A DNA stretch of 64,000 nucleotides, taken from Chamaesiphon sp. (GTDB lineage Bacteria; Cyanobacteriota; Cyanobacteriia; Cyanobacteriales; Chamaesiphonaceae). Position numbers and translations under genes: made by a program. Below the pieces are notes generated by a model that saw only the letters and a program-made list of their open reading frames with translations, was not told the DNA's origin and made no database searches. Shown here piece by piece: positions 54,744 to 64,000 of this stretch. The stretch is taken from positions 160,001 through 224,000 of the forward strand of contig CBDFFH010000002.1 in the NCBI GenBank assembly GCA_965246715.1, given 5' to 3'. The number at the start of each line of letters is the position of its first letter. Position 1 is the first letter of the stretch.

Positions 54744-54770
54744 TTGACCGTAATCGATCGAGCTTAATAT

Positions 54771-55166
54771 TTACCAAATTGTTTTCACATGAGGGTATTT
54801 TAGAATATTGTTGTCGCAGGTAATTAGTGGGACATCAGATCTTCTTGCCATCGCTACAATAATTCTGTCAGCAGGATCTTTATGGAAATCGCCTGGTAGT
54901 TGGGTACTGGCGATCGCGTCTTCAGGATTCAGTGCTTCGATTACTATTCCTGAGTGACTTTTGGCTAGGGCATACCAATCATCAATCGGTAAGGGTAATG
55001 CTAATTTACCCAGACTAGATTTTACGGCTATCTCCCACACTGAAATAGCTGAAACTAAGATGCCATTTTGGTCTTCTTCAATCTCGATCTGTGCTCGTGC
55101 AGCATTCGATAGTTGACTCGGATCGTGCAAGAGCCATAACCAAATATGGGTATCAATAACAATCAT
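54771..55166 (-). CDS. VapC/PIN toxin
   Basis: IDTHIWLW, VSAISVWEI, HKDPADRIIVA, LITCD. Confidence 0.92.
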   Translation of the reverse strand: MIVIDTHIWLWLLHDPSQLSNAARAQIEIEEDQNGILVSAISVWEIAVKSSLGKLALPLPIDDWYALAKSHSGIVIEALNPEDAIASTQLPGDFHKDPADRIIVAMARRSDVPLITCDNNILKYPHVKTIW

Positions 55167-55396
55167 TCACCCAAAGCCATCCACAGATCGGTCATTGGGG
55201 CATCAAAATCAGGTTCGATCTGAATTGGCGTTCCGCGCAAGGGATAATGTTTTTGGTCGTTTAACTTAGTCTCGTTCTGGGTTGTGGCTGTTACTGGGTA
55301 GTTACTACCGAGGGAGCGGATAAAGTCTAAAAGGCTTAGTTGCATTGGTTCGGGGATTTTCTCTAGTTCCCGGACTATCGATTCTATCGTACTCAT
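55163..55396 (-). CDS. putative antitoxin (DUF2281-like)
   Basis: LEKIPEPMQLSLLDFIRSL...DFDAPM; ATGA overlap with vapC. Confidence 0.8.
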   Translation of the reverse strand: MSTIESIVRELEKIPEPMQLSLLDFIRSLGSNYPVTATTQNETKLNDQKHYPLRGTPIQIEPDFDAPMTDLWMALGE

Positions 55397-56091
55397 GATG
55401 TAATGGGGTAAATTGAATATGATTCAATTTTACCATTCTCACATTTAGGCAACAAGGATCGATCAAATTGTCAGAGACTACCTCCGGTAGGCTACGCCAA
55501 TGAGTCATAGTAACAGCATCGAATCCCCAACTCTCACAATCAAAAACACTAAAATTATCAATATCAAGTTAACTATAAACTTTTGTTTAATGCATGTCGT
55601 AAAATAGTCTCTGTATATTGTGCATGTTCGTTGGTATGTCCTGTTGTTTCAACTGAGACAGCCATTCTAGTATCTTGGCTATCATATAGATGAATATAGA
55701 AAATATGTTGCCCATCTTGCGTTCTGCGATTAGATCTTTGTAAATCATTCACGGGCGCAGCAAAGGCCGCATCATTGTATCTGACAAGATCGATCCATTC
55801 TAAATCTTCTAGCCGATGCCTTAGTGTGTCCCAACTTCTGGGGCGATGATGAGCAAATCCCTCCTGGACATTAACAACTTGATTTCTATCTCTATGAGAG
55901 ACAGGAGGTGCGTTAACCCTCTGTTCTAATTCATTGTTTTCATTGCGTAGATTATCAACGCTTTGCTGTAGGTTATTATTTTCATTGCGTAGATTGTTAA
56001 CGCTTTGCTGTAAATTATTATTTTCATTGCGTAGATTTTCAATTGTTTGATTGTTATCATCATCGATCATTCCGATTATATCCTGTCGCTC

Positions 56092-57506
56092 GGCTCTACC
56101 GAACTTGCTATGCTAAGTAGTGGATAAGAATCAAGTTTAATTGACAAAATTGATAATTTTGAGTTATGGAAGCTTGGTGCAGCATAAATGACAGATTTTA
56201 TTATAGAATAGTAAGATCTTGATTTCTGGCAACAAATAAGCTTGAATTGCATTATGTCATCCAAATCGCAACTAAAAACCATTAATGAAATTCTTAATAT
56301 CGACGGAATGACCGTCACTGCTTATAAGATCTTAGATGAAATCGGTTATTTTATTTATCTAGAAAATCAGCAATTAAAAGCAGTGTGTCCTCATTGTGGA
56401 ACTGAAAGTAATAAACTTCATGAGAATCACCAATTAACAGTGAGAGATCTACCATTCGGTGAACATGATGTTTACCTTAAAATTAATCGTCGTCAATTCA
56501 AGTGTATGAGTTGTGGTCGAAAATTCAGTGAGGAATTAAATTTCATCAAAAAGAGAAGTCATTTCACCGAGCGAATGAAGCAGAAGATTGTCGAAGAGAG
56601 TCTAGCTAGTGATATTAAAAGTGTTGCCAAAAGAAATGGATTAAGTGAGCAAGAAGTGGAGACAATAATCAAAAAAGCTGGGGTAAATCTAGTGCAAAAA
56701 AAGCCAGAGAATTTAACCAGACTAGGAATTGATGAAATTGCCTTTGTTAAAGGGCAAAAAAACTATTGTGCGGTGTTAGTAGATCTAGAAAAAAGAGAGT
56801 TAATAGCCATCTTACCAAAAAGGACTCAAGAATGTATTGGTGAGTGCTTGAAGTCTTGGGGTTCGGAGGTTTTGAACCAAATTACAGAAGTAAGTATCGA
56901 TCTATTTTCATCATACAAAAGTCTGGTAAATGAATTGATACCAAATGCTGAAGTGGTTGGAGACAGATTTCATGTAATGAAACAGATAAATGAAGAGTTA
57001 GATCGAGAGAGAATTAAAATCAAAAGAGAGGCTGAGAGGGTGAAGAACAAAGATGAAAAGAACAAGAAATTAGCAGCATTAACTCACAGTAAATATGCAA
57101 TACTCAAAAACGAAGCGGATTTGAATGAATTGCAAAAAGAGAAGTTGAAAGAGATTGGAGACGTTTTTCCAGAATTAGCAGCAATGCACAAAACAAAAGA
57201 GTTATTTAGAGATATATTTGAATCAAAAACAGATTGGGGAAATGGGCTAATAAGCTTGTGTGACTGGCTCAAGAATGCTTGTGGGAAATTCCCCAAGAGT
57301 TGTGGAACTATTAAAAGATGGATTGGTGAAATAATTGCCTATTTTGATAATAGAACAACTCAAGGAGTCGTCGAAGGAATTAACAATAAACTCAAGCTAA
57401 TAAAAAGAATGGGATATGGGTTTAGAAATTTTGAGAATTTTCAGATCAGAAGTTTGCTAGCATGGCATTTCAATCCTTGATTTAGCATAGTAAGTTCGGT
57501 AGAACC
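56092..57506 (+). mobile_element. ISL3-family IS, 1415 bp
   Basis: TIR ggctctaccgaacttgctatgctaa / ttagcatagtaagttcggtagaacc; 8-bp TSD TGTCGCTC. Confidence 0.95.
56254..57480 (+). CDS. ISL3 transposase
   Basis: CPHCG..CMSC, LGIDE, VSIDL, DRFHV, EGINNKLKLIKRMGYGFRN. Confidence 0.95.
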   Translation: MSSKSQLKTINEILNIDGMTVTAYKILDEIGYFIYLENQQLKAVCPHCGTESNKLHENHQLTVRDLPFGEHDVYLKINRRQFKCMSCGRKFSEELNFIKKRSHFTERMKQKIVEESLASDIKSVAKRNGLSEQEVETIIKKAGVNLVQKKPENLTRLGIDEIAFVKGQKNYCAVLVDLEKRELIAILPKRTQECIGECLKSWGSEVLNQITEVSIDLFSSYKSLVNELIPNAEVVGDRFHVMKQINEELDRERIKIKREAERVKNKDEKNKKLAALTHSKYAILKNEADLNELQKEKLKEIGDVFPELAAMHKTKELFRDIFESKTDWGNGLISLCDWLKNACGKFPKSCGTIKRWIGEIIAYFDNRTTQGVVEGINNKLKLIKRMGYGFRNFENFQIRSLLAWHFNP

Positions 57507-58527
57507 TGTCGCTCTAGATCGAGCTGTTCTCTCTCTTGTTCGAGTTGTTGCGCGTTTTGCTCAGATTCAATCGCTCTTTGTTCAGCATCAATTGCCCTTT
57601 GTTCGGCTTCCAGCTTCTCTGCCTGAGTTCTAGATTCTGATTTTTGAATAGATTCAGCAATTTCTCGATATTCACGAGCACTATCACGAGCTTCAATAGT
57701 AGCTTGATTTGCAGAAAGAACTTGGTCTGTAGCCTGCCGAATTTTTCTCTCACTCTCTAGTTTTACCTCAGTAGCTTGACGAATTTTCTGCTCTGCTTCT
57801 AGCTCTTGGCGATCGGCCCTAACTTTTATATAAGATGCTAATTCTGTTAATAGCCAAACAAGAACACCTGTCAGTATTGCAGAACCAGTAATTGCATTAT
57901 AAACTTTTTGCCACTGTTGTTCCAAGGATTTTGCCACCATGATAGCAGTTCAGATTGAAAGGATGGTGGATTTCCTCTTAATAGATAAACTCTGCCGATA
58001 ACATTTCCGCGATTTTGTTTACCAGTTGAAACTTTTTGAATAGAACGAGGACTATCGAACTTCCATTCTTGTTCGATCGGAGCTGGATCGCGTAATATGA
58101 GAAAATCTCCATTTAGCTTCTGCGCCGGATAATCTGTATCGTTAAATCTTTCAGCCCAGGTTGGCGAATATTGATATTTTTGTATCTCTAATTTCTGTTT
58201 GCCATCCGGTGCTGTTTTTACGATTGCTTTTGAGGCATAGATGATTTTTTGCTGCCGACAGTCTAATTTATCAGACTTGCAATCAGTTACAATAATACCA
58301 AATAGTCCATAGTTGCTATCTAAGGTTTCTTGTAAGCCTTTTGGGTCATTATTCAATAGTTGCGTTGATAGTTTAGTGGGCAGTGTATTAGCTAAAATAT
58401 TAAAATCAACTGTCTGAACTCTTTTGACAGTAACATTCCAATAGTTTTCATTATTGTAATAAATAGTACATACGCTGGTTAGTGTCGAAAACCCTAAAGC
58501 ACCAATCAGTCGGATTGCCGAGCTTTT

Positions 58528-58665
58528 AGCGCATTCCCAATCGCTTGCAACACCCGCTTATAGTCACGCGGCATCACCTTCACAAACTTCGGCACCATCT
58601 CATCCTAATTCGCCAGCACGGACATCGCTTTCTGACTCTTGGTATATTGGGCGTGTTTCTCGATC
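58528..58665 (-). pseudogene. gltB: gltB 3' fragment, copy 2 (about 138 bp)
   Basis: [41 protein letters not shown]; aligns with copies 1 and 3. Confidence 0.9.
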
Positions 58666-58675
58666 TCAAATTGAG

Positions 58676-59014
58676 TTATTCCTCTGTTAGATCGGGTTCC
58701 AAATCCAATGCAAATAAGATCGCTTGTTTAATTTTCAGCATCACATCATCGGGTAGCTGCCCTAATTTTCTTTCCAATCTGACTGTTGGTATCGAAGCGA
58801 TCCCTTGAACATTGGCGATCGAATCTCGATCTAGAAACCGAAGTCTTGGCAAGACAACTTCGTATGAACTATCTCGATACTGAGTTGTCAATGGCACATA
58901 GATTGCCAGTGCCCTTGGGGGATCTAGATCGTGGCGGGAGACAATTACAACTGGACGAGTTTTCGCAGCTATCCCCAGATCCGCTAGCCACACTTCACCA
59001 GGATTAAGGTTCAT
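58676..59014 (-). CDS. PemK/MazF-family toxin
   Basis: PGEVWLADLGIAAKTRPVVIVSR..VPLTT. Confidence 0.9.
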   Translation of the reverse strand: MNLNPGEVWLADLGIAAKTRPVVIVSRHDLDPPRALAIYVPLTTQYRDSSYEVVLPRLRFLDRDSIANVQGIASIPTVRLERKLGQLPDDVMLKIKQAILFALDLEPDLTEE

Positions 59015-59192
59015 CGATTAAATCCAGCACATCTTGTTCGACAGTTCGCGATGGCAGTAAATCGAGAATATCGCGATCTGCCAAATCAATAATTTCTGAG
59101 ATATATTGACGGACTCGATCGGATATTTCTGGCTTCCACTCTTGCAATTTAATTCCTAGTCTTTCAGTCAAGGCATCCATCAGTATCTCCAT
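59004..59192 (-). CDS. putative antitoxin
   Basis: Small acidic ORF overlapping the toxin start. Confidence 0.75.
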   Translation of the reverse strand: MEILMDALTERLGIKLQEWKPEISDRVRQYISEIIDLADRDILDLLPSRTVEQDVLDLIDEP

Positions 59193-59329
59193 TGCAAATG
59201 ATGGGACATTTCTATTTTGCCAAGTTTATGACAGCATAACAAGTAAACAGAGCAATGCTTTTAGACCATTCTACTAGCATTGCCTCACTCGTGCGCCCCT
59301 GGCGGAGCTTTGCTCATCGATCTAACGTC

Positions 59330-60001
59330 TTAACTCCCCCCAATTCGCGCCACATCGCGAGAATTTTCCTCAAACGCAGCATCTAGAGCATCATCGCCAC
59401 TCAACCCCGAAGCCAGCGCATTCTGAATCGCTTGCAACACCCGTTTATAGTCACGCGGCATTACCTTCACAAACTTCGGCACCATTTCATCCCAATTAGC
59501 CAGCACTTCTGTTGCTTTCTGACTCTTGGTATATTGAGCGTGTTGCTCGATCGAACCCTTTAACTTCTCAATCTCCTCAGCATCCGTCAGCGTTTCCAAT
59601 CCCACCATCTGGGTATTGCAGCGTGTCGGGAAATCACCCTGCTCGTCGAGGATGTAGTGGCAACTCCGGCGGCGATCGTGCCGACTCCGACTTCGGATAC
59701 TAGTTTGACGTTGATTCGGGCTTCCCGATTGGCATTTTTGAGATCGTGGATCAGTTCGGCGAGATCTTCGATCGAGTAGATGTCATGGTGCGGTGGGGGT
59801 GAAATCAGCCCTAAGCCTGGGGTGGAGTGACGAACTTTGGCAATCCAGGGATAGACTTTTTTGCCTGGGAGTTGTCCGCCTTCGCCTGGTTTGGCTCCCT
59901 GTGCCATTTTGATCTGGATTTCTTTGGCTTGGGAGAGGTAGAGGCTGGTAACGCCAAATCGTCCTGATGCGACTTGTTTGATGCCGCTATTTTTCGAGTC
60001 G
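59330..60001 (-). pseudogene. gltB: gltB fragment, copy 3: FMN-domain piece fused out of frame to the 3' end
   Basis: [53 protein letters not shown] joined near 59657 to YILDEQGDF...VARIGGS. Confidence 0.93.
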
Positions 60002-60055
60002 ATCGAGATGTTAATATGTCTCTATTCCGACCGTTAGTAGGCTCCACCACCGAGC

Positions 60056-60994
60056 ATGAGTAAAAGCATCGACCATGACCAGTTGTTCAAGCAACTATTA
60101 ACGACTTTCTTTCTGGAGTTTCTAGAATTATTTACACCAGAATTCTTCGCCGCGATCGATCCTCAGAGTCTTGAAATTCTCCCGCTCGAATACTTTACCG
60201 ACATCGAAGCTGGCGAACGCAAGGCGATGGATGTCATTGTCAGAGTTAATCTTCTCGGTCGTCCCAATGCTCCACCTAGCAGTCGAGTGTCGGTAGTCGT
60301 CAATTGCGAACACCAATCCACTACCCAAGCTAATTTTCATCGGCGGATGTTCTTTTACTTCGCGCAACTGCATCGGAAGTACTTACAGCCAGTCTACCCG
60401 ATCGCGTTATTCTCCTTTGATGAGCCATATCGACCGGAACGAGATTCTTATCAGGTTCGAGTGCCTGGTTTGCAGGTGATGGATTTCAATTTCCTGACGA
60501 TCCAACTCAATCGATTGGACTGGAGAGAGTTTGTGGCTCAACCCAATCCAGTCGCAGCGGCGTTAATGGCTAAGATGGAAATCGATCCAGCAGATCGCCC
60601 ACGGGTTAAGGTGGAGTGTTTGCGGATGATTGCGAACCTCAAGTTAGATAAGGCGAGAACTTTTCTGATATCGGGATTCATCGATAATTATCTGCGGCTG
60701 AATCCGATTGAAGAGCAGCAGTTTCAGGTTGAAGTTGATAAAATTAAATTACCTACAGAACGGGAGAACGTGATGGAACTTACTACTAGTTGGATGGAGA
60801 AAGGAATAATACAAGGTCGGGAGTCAGAAGGAAGGGGATTAGTAGTCAAGCTTCTAACTCGGAAACTCGGCAACCTCTCGCCAGAACTTTTATCGCGGGT
60901 AAATGGTTTGAATCTCGATCGAGTGGAAGTCTTGGCAGAAGATTTGTTAGATTTTACCAATGTGGGAGATTTAGAGCGGTGGCTGGCGGTTTGA
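60056..60994 (+). CDS. Rpn/YhgA-like PD-(D/E)XK family protein with DUF4351-like tail
   Basis: DHDQLFKQLL, D...EHQS, RMFFYF, NPVAAALM, LAEDLLDF..DLERWL. Confidence 0.88.
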   Translation: MSKSIDHDQLFKQLLTTFFLEFLELFTPEFFAAIDPQSLEILPLEYFTDIEAGERKAMDVIVRVNLLGRPNAPPSSRVSVVVNCEHQSTTQANFHRRMFFYFAQLHRKYLQPVYPIALFSFDEPYRPERDSYQVRVPGLQVMDFNFLTIQLNRLDWREFVAQPNPVAAALMAKMEIDPADRPRVKVECLRMIANLKLDKARTFLISGFIDNYLRLNPIEEQQFQVEVDKIKLPTERENVMELTTSWMEKGIIQGRESEGRGLVVKLLTRKLGNLSPELLSRVNGLNLDRVEVLAEDLLDFTNVGDLERWLAV

Positions 60995-61271
60995 CTTTGT
61001 TAATACCGTTCTTACTCGATTGGATCGATCGTTAGATCGAGTCATTGGCATCTATGTTGCTATTGGAATGGTCGAAACTTTGAGAAATGATAAATTTTTA
61101 TGACAGATACTACTAAAATTAATAAATTTATCTCTGGAAATGATTAGAATGAACATGTTTCAGTTCTGAAACAAAAAATATTTAGAAGAAATTAGATTAG
61201 ATAGTAAGTGCCTTAATTTAGATGAACAGTGACTCTTGAAAATCCGCTTGTAATTAAGTAGGGAAGATAAA

Positions 61272-63011
61272 ATGAGTGCATGTCAAACAGTTAATGTATG
61301 GACAACAGAAAAAGTTCTAGTTCCAATTGTCTCCTTCATAACGCGAGCGCGAGAAGTATGCCAAGAGTTAAGACAACAAATTGAGGAACAGGTCAGTCAG
61401 CCTGTTGAGAATTGGATTTCTCAACAAGAAAGAAGATGTCGTGATCTTCCTTGGTGGAATCCTGTAAGATGGTTTTGCGAAATTGTTAGTGTTGTAGTTA
61501 AGGTAGTTACTTGGGTTGTAATTACGGTTGTTAAGTGGGTTATCACGATAGTTTGTCAAATTGTTACCGAAGTTATCGGTGCAATTGTGACTTTTGTTCT
61601 TCGAGTTATAGCTTGGTTAGTTTCTTTCGCCGTCTGCCTTTTTACCGATCCGCTTGATGCTCTTAAATCATTTCGGGATCTTTGGGGAATTATCCTCGAT
61701 CTAGTAGATGATATTTTTGATATTGTTAAAGTTCTGATAAATGATATCGCTGGTATTTTGGATGATATAGACAATCTACTTGGTTCTTTAGCTGACTCAC
61801 TAGGAATTGTAGGCGCAGTAATCTTTGGTATATTCCGTGGAGCGGTTCAAATTGCGAGAGATGTCGTGAATATTGTTCGCGATTTTATCGAAGGAATACA
61901 AAATTTAGTAGGAGGTATCTTAGGTCTAAATCTTTGTCGTATTTTATCAGGACTATCTGATATTGGAATCGGAGCTGTTATGGCTATCATTCGTACTGGT
62001 GGAGGATTTATACCTCTTATTATTGTACGTGCGGCTGGAAACATCGTTGCAGGCGTTCGTGATTCAGCTAATCTTAACCGGATTGAAGATATAATTACGG
62101 ATGCTCTCAATAATGCTTTTCCTGAAGATCCAGAGCGAAAGGAACGTGCAATCAAGCGAATTGGTTTGGGAAATCGTCCAATGGGACTCCCTTTTACCTC
62201 CCAGCCCCGACGATATTTTCTCTCTTCTCGATCGAGTGACATCGATTTACGAGTGCTTCACAAAGAAGAAATCATAAATTTATATGAGCTTGCAGGTTAT
62301 TTTTCTGGGTGCAAAGATGCTCTAAACCGTCCTCGCGGAGAGGTCGTTTATGCAGGAACAGATTTGAAAGTTTCGTATGCTGATTTAAGCCGCTTCTTAG
62401 ATGAAGGAGTAGAGGCAGCACCAGCCTTTAATGTTTATCCAATTACCAAAGCAGTATTTACGAGATATCTATATATAGCTCGTCGTAAGTCACAGCAACT
62501 TGGGATCAAGCTATATTGGAATTCTATTGATGAATTACCCATCGAAAAACCTGACCAAGTTCAATTTATGATTGCTAACGGAGGTTCTGGTGTCCAATCA
62601 TTACTTGAGCAGCAACTTGCTCGTTTTGGTCGCACAGGCAACAACGATGACTTATCTCAAATTCCTAATTTGGCTGTATTTAACTTCAGCCCAAATAATT
62701 TCAATGGAATTACTTCATGGTTTAGACCACCATTAACTGATGCTAAGACTGGGATTGCTTTCAAAGATCGTTTTCCTGAATTTGCCTTTCGTTGGGTGCT
62801 TATTCACGAACTAGGTCATTACTGGGGGTTGAATCATCACGGTGGACTTGAATCCATTATGTTTACTCCAAACGATAGTCCCACCCCTGTTACGCCAGAA
62901 ACAGTTTTGGAGTATCTATTACTGTCAGGTGAACCCAATTTTAATCTTCAGGATGCGAGAGATACATGGTCATGGATTACGAAAACTGCTAGTAAATCTT
63001 TACTTCCTTAA
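61272..63011 (+). CDS. membrane-associated protein with C-terminal metzincin-like zinc protease motif
   Basis: Cys/Trp/Val-rich N-terminus, long amphipathic helical region, HELGHYWGLNH followed by SIM Met-turn. Confidence 0.8.
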   Translation: MSACQTVNVWTTEKVLVPIVSFITRAREVCQELRQQIEEQVSQPVENWISQQERRCRDLPWWNPVRWFCEIVSVVVKVVTWVVITVVKWVITIVCQIVTEVIGAIVTFVLRVIAWLVSFAVCLFTDPLDALKSFRDLWGIILDLVDDIFDIVKVLINDIAGILDDIDNLLGSLADSLGIVGAVIFGIFRGAVQIARDVVNIVRDFIEGIQNLVGGILGLNLCRILSGLSDIGIGAVMAIIRTGGGFIPLIIVRAAGNIVAGVRDSANLNRIEDIITDALNNAFPEDPERKERAIKRIGLGNRPMGLPFTSQPRRYFLSSRSSDIDLRVLHKEEIINLYELAGYFSGCKDALNRPRGEVVYAGTDLKVSYADLSRFLDEGVEAAPAFNVYPITKAVFTRYLYIARRKSQQLGIKLYWNSIDELPIEKPDQVQFMIANGGSGVQSLLEQQLARFGRTGNNDDLSQIPNLAVFNFSPNNFNGITSWFRPPLTDAKTGIAFKDRFPEFAFRWVLIHELGHYWGLNHHGGLESIMFTPNDSPTPVTPETVLEYLLLSGEPNFNLQDARDTWSWITKTASKSLLP

Positions 63012-63025
63012 ATGGAGAGACTGAA

Positions 63026-63406
63026 ATGATATATACGATTAGTGATACTTTGTCAGTGAGCGAATTAAAGTTAGCAGCTACAAGACGGATGGTGACTCGA
63101 ATTGAAATAAAAATCCCTGATACTGACGAATCAATTCAAAAACAATTAGCCTATAAACTCACTCGTTCCATTCGTGCTTGTGGATGCGAAATAGGAGCAA
63201 TTTTTTTTACTGCAACGTTGATTTTATTTACAGTCTTAGCCTTCGGAGCAGACAGACCTGTGTTAGAGGTAATTCGTAACAATGCTGTAATAGAAGTATT
63301 CGCATTACTATGTAGCACTATAGCGGGTAAGGCTATAGGTTTAGCCTATGCACAAATTGAGCTTTGGCAAACTCTGAATAAAGTTCAAGTTTTACTACAG
63401 AAATGA
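63026..63406 (+). CDS. small two-TM protein with CGC motif
   Basis: ACGCEIGAIF followed by two hydrophobic helices; GGAG upstream. Confidence 0.75.
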   Translation: MIYTISDTLSVSELKLAATRRMVTRIEIKIPDTDESIQKQLAYKLTRSIRACGCEIGAIFFTATLILFTVLAFGADRPVLEVIRNNAVIEVFALLCSTIAGKAIGLAYAQIELWQTLNKVQVLLQK

Positions 63407-63469
63407 TGATCTAACCGAAATGATTCATTATTTTCCTCGATTGACTGCCCAGTAATCAGGTTAAGTATC

Positions 63470-64000
63470 ATGCAACTTTTTCCAGCTTTGATTCGCGATT
63501 TATTTGTGAATTCTTGGTCAGCATTATACCAAGTGTTTACCATTTTTGTTGATTATGTGCGCCGACTCTGCATAGAGAAGCGCGTGCCAGAAAGGATTCG
63601 ACGACTCTCAACAGATCCGTGTGTTGCAATCCAAAGACCAGAATTCAAGCGACCAGATCCACTCATCTATTCACAGTCATATTTGATGGAACAGGGGTTG
63701 GCTGTCACTTGGGATAATCCTGACATTGAGCTTCGCCGTAATGGTGTAGTAGTTCCTTCTGAAAAATTGGAACTCGATACTGAGTATGAAATTGTTGCAA
63801 CTGTATGGAATAATTCTACCGATGCTCCCGTAATACAGTTGCCAGTCTCATTTTCCTTTTTGAGTTTTGGTGCTGGCACACTAGAGCAAACCATTGGTAT
63901 TAATAAGGTCGATCTAGGGGTAAAAGGTGGCTTAAATCACCCAGCATTCGCCACTATATTTTGGCGGACACCAAATATTCCTGGACACTATTGTATTCAA
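63470..64000 (+). CDS. hypothetical protein with probable beta-sandwich domain (runs off the window end)
   Basis: Open from ATG 63470: ...RPDPLIYSQSYLMEQGLAVTWDNPDI...VWNNSTDAP...WRTPNIPGHYCIQ. Confidence 0.8.
   Translation, partial: MQLFPALIRDLFVNSWSALYQVFTIFVDYVRRLCIEKRVPERIRRLSTDPCVAIQRPEFKRPDPLIYSQSYLMEQGLAVTWDNPDIELRRNGVVVPSEKLELDTEYEIVATVWNNSTDAPVIQLPVSFSFLSFGAGTLEQTIGINKVDLGVKGGLNHPAFATIFWRTPNIPGHYCIQ

Larger units (their letters stand above)
55573..58527 (-). pseudogene. membrane protein (periplasmic domain + TM + coiled coil), 5'-truncated, frameshifted and ISL3-interrupted
   Basis: Frame open from about 58525 (YWNVTVKRVQTVDFNILANTLPTKLS...); frameshift at T-run 57905-57909; IS removal gives LDLERQDIIGMIDDD in frame; three 42-bp NLRNENNNLQQSV repeats. 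Confidence 0.8.

Noticed and set aside
47245..60994. Classical integron or prophage
   Set aside because: No tyrosine/serine recombinase, no recognisable attC R/L boxes and no phage structural genes in the window.

Overview
Cyanobacterial chromosome segment, very rich in CGATCG palindromes (TCGATCGA as well as classical HIP1 GCGATCGC; a Chamaesiphon-like organism is an inference). Bases 1-47,000 are mostly core genes: metH, HerA-like ATPase, DHH phosphoesterase, egtC, chlP, a frameshifted cyanobacteriochrome hybrid kinase, OCP, a C5 methyltransferase, yqgF, nth, NtcA-controlled nrtP-narB, two pilins followed by two GT41 transferases, pcxA, ubiH-like, a protease-TPR protein, hisC, tRNA-Glu, rsmH, a MITE-broken macrodomain gene, hen1, radC and NDH-2. 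From about 47,000 to the end is an accretion island: several co-oriented toxin-antitoxin cassettes, three ISs with clean target duplications, Rpn-family genes and a low-GC metalloprotease operon. The most striking feature is three non-identical 5'-truncated copies of the 3' end of glutamate synthase gltB that punctuate this cassette array, each starting at or next to a TCGATC(GA) palindrome. This suggests repeated capture of 'gltB tail + cargo' units by palindrome-directed recombination. All family names come from motif recognition by eye, not database searches.
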